Below are positions 6,824 through 8,198 of a DNA stretch of 8,198 nucleotides, piece by piece (within the stretch, counting starts at the first letter, position 1; each line of letters begins with the position of its first letter). Source of the stretch: Octopus sinensis (lineage: Eukaryota); NCBI RefSeq assembly GCF_006345805.1, contig NW_021828512.1, positions 1-8,198 of the forward strand, in the 5' to 3' direction. The position numbers and the translations under genes are program-made. Below the pieces are notes generated by a model, which worked only from the letters and a program-made list of their open reading frames with translations, searched no databases and was not told where the DNA came from.

Positions 6824-7057
6824 TATATGTATGTATCTATGTAATTTAAAATTAATAATAAACGGGGAAAATTAATCAATTAAATTAATTAATTTAATCA
6901 ATCAATTAATTAATAATTTTACCAAGTAGATCGGTACGTTAAAATAACCCTTAGAGGGAAAATTATACAAATATTCTATAATTATAAACATAATTATAAT
7001 TACAGGTCAGCTAATTGCTTCAACACACACCGAATTTAGAAATAGGACTTAAAAATT

Positions 7058-7560
7058 CCGTACGTATGTATATATGTATGTATGTATGTTTGTAGGTATG
7101 TACGTATGTATGCATGTATATGTGCGTGTATGTATATATGTACGTACTTACAATTTGTATGCAAGTATGTACGTATGCATGTGTGTACGTTTGTATGTAC
7201 GTATGTATGCATGTATATATATGTGTACGAATATACGTATGTATGTATGTGTGTATATAAGTATCTACGCACTTATATGTGTACGTACGTACGTACGTAA
7301 TTATGCATCTATGTACGTACATATGTATGCATGCATGTGTGGGTATGTATGCATGTATGTATGTAGGTAGGTAGATAGGTAGGTAGGTAGATAGGTAGGT
7401 AGGTAGGTAGGTATGTAGGTAGGTAGGTAGGTAGGTGGGTAGGTAGGTAGGTAGGTGGGTAGGTAGGTAGGTAGGAGGTAGGTAGGTAAGTAGGTAGGTA
7501 GGCAGGCAGAGCTGGCTGGCTGATTGGCTGGATGTATGTATGGATAGGTGGATGGGTTTA
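7058..7560. repeat. Compound degenerate microsatellite (TATG/TACG)n -> (TAGG)n -> (GGCT/GGAT)n
   Basis: Directly visible; the TAGG block spans ~7363-7502. Confidence 0.95.
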
Positions 7561-7568
7561 TACATATA

Positions 7569-8185
7569 TCTTTTACTCTTTTAGTTGTTTCAGTCATTTG
7601 ACTGCGGCCATGCTAGAGCACCGCCTTTAGTCGAGCAACTCGACCCCGGGACTTATTCTTTTTGTAAGCCCGGTACTTATTCTATCGGTCTCTTTTGCCG
7701 AACCGCTAAGTAACGGGAACATAAACACACCAGCATCGGTTGTCAAGCAATGCTACGGGGACAAACACAGACACACAAACACACACACGCATATATATAT
7801 ATATATATATACACAATTAATTAAGGGTAGAAATTGATATTTATCAATTAAGACCAATTATTTTATTTCGTATATTTTTCACTTGTTTATTGCTATGGTT
7901 TTGTGTTGAGTTTGATCTGAGAACATAATCTTTTGTGGTGAATGGCGATTTGACGTCTATATCTAGCATGTTGACTGTCCACTTTTCGTATTCAGTCCTT
8001 AATTGGTATATATATACACATATATACGACGGGCTTCTTTTCAGTTTCCGTCTACCAAATCCACTCACAAGGCTTTGGTCGGCCCGAGGCTATAGCAGAA
8101 GACACTTGCCCAAGATGCCACGCAGTGGCACTGAACCCGGAACCATGTGGTTGGTAAACAAGCTACTTACCACGCAGCCACTCCT
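7569..8185 (-). mobile_element. tRNA-derived SINE (same family as 6438-6823) interrupted by a ~190-bp insertion
   Basis: 7569-7790 and 8020-8185 align to the two halves of 6438-6823; foreign sequence 7814-8005 sits in the internal microsatellite. Confidence 0.92.
7814..8005. mobile_element. Nested insertion in the SINE microsatellite, with short inverted termini
   Basis: Absent from the paralogous SINE. AATTAAGG (7819-7826) and CCTTAATT (7997-8004) are inverted, and the flanks are TA/CA repeats. Confidence 0.7.
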
Positions 8186-8198
8186 ACACATTGTACAA

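Noticed and set aside
6845-7058. AT-rich segment with AATT palindromes, possibly another repeat fragment
   Set aside because: No clear termini, motif or internal homologue to support a call; the palindromes are expected at this AT content.

Overview
AT-rich, microsatellite-dense eukaryotic DNA, intronic or intergenic. The repeat families resemble those of cephalopods, most likely Octopus (recognised from memory, no search run). None of the supplied ORFs is a credible gene; they are translations of simple repeats or SINEs. The window holds several tRNA-derived SINEs (one with a tandemly triplicated Meta/MESC-like body), a decayed 3' end of an R4/Dong-like RLE non-LTR retrotransposon, fragments resembling Penelope-like elements (PLEs), and one possible 69-bp exon on the minus strand. 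The most striking feature is a 1.15-kb non-coding element (977-2127) with ~290-bp direct repeats, inserted between (TA)n tracts. Each repeat contains all three strands of a hammerhead ribozyme, but in a non-circularly permuted order: III-GUC-I, then II'-GAAA-III', then I'-CUGAAGA-II. The two predicted cleavage sites are 858 nt apart, suggesting a retrozyme-like monomer or circular RNA. Two further hammerhead-like motifs lie at 603-637 (-) and 3507-3551 (+).
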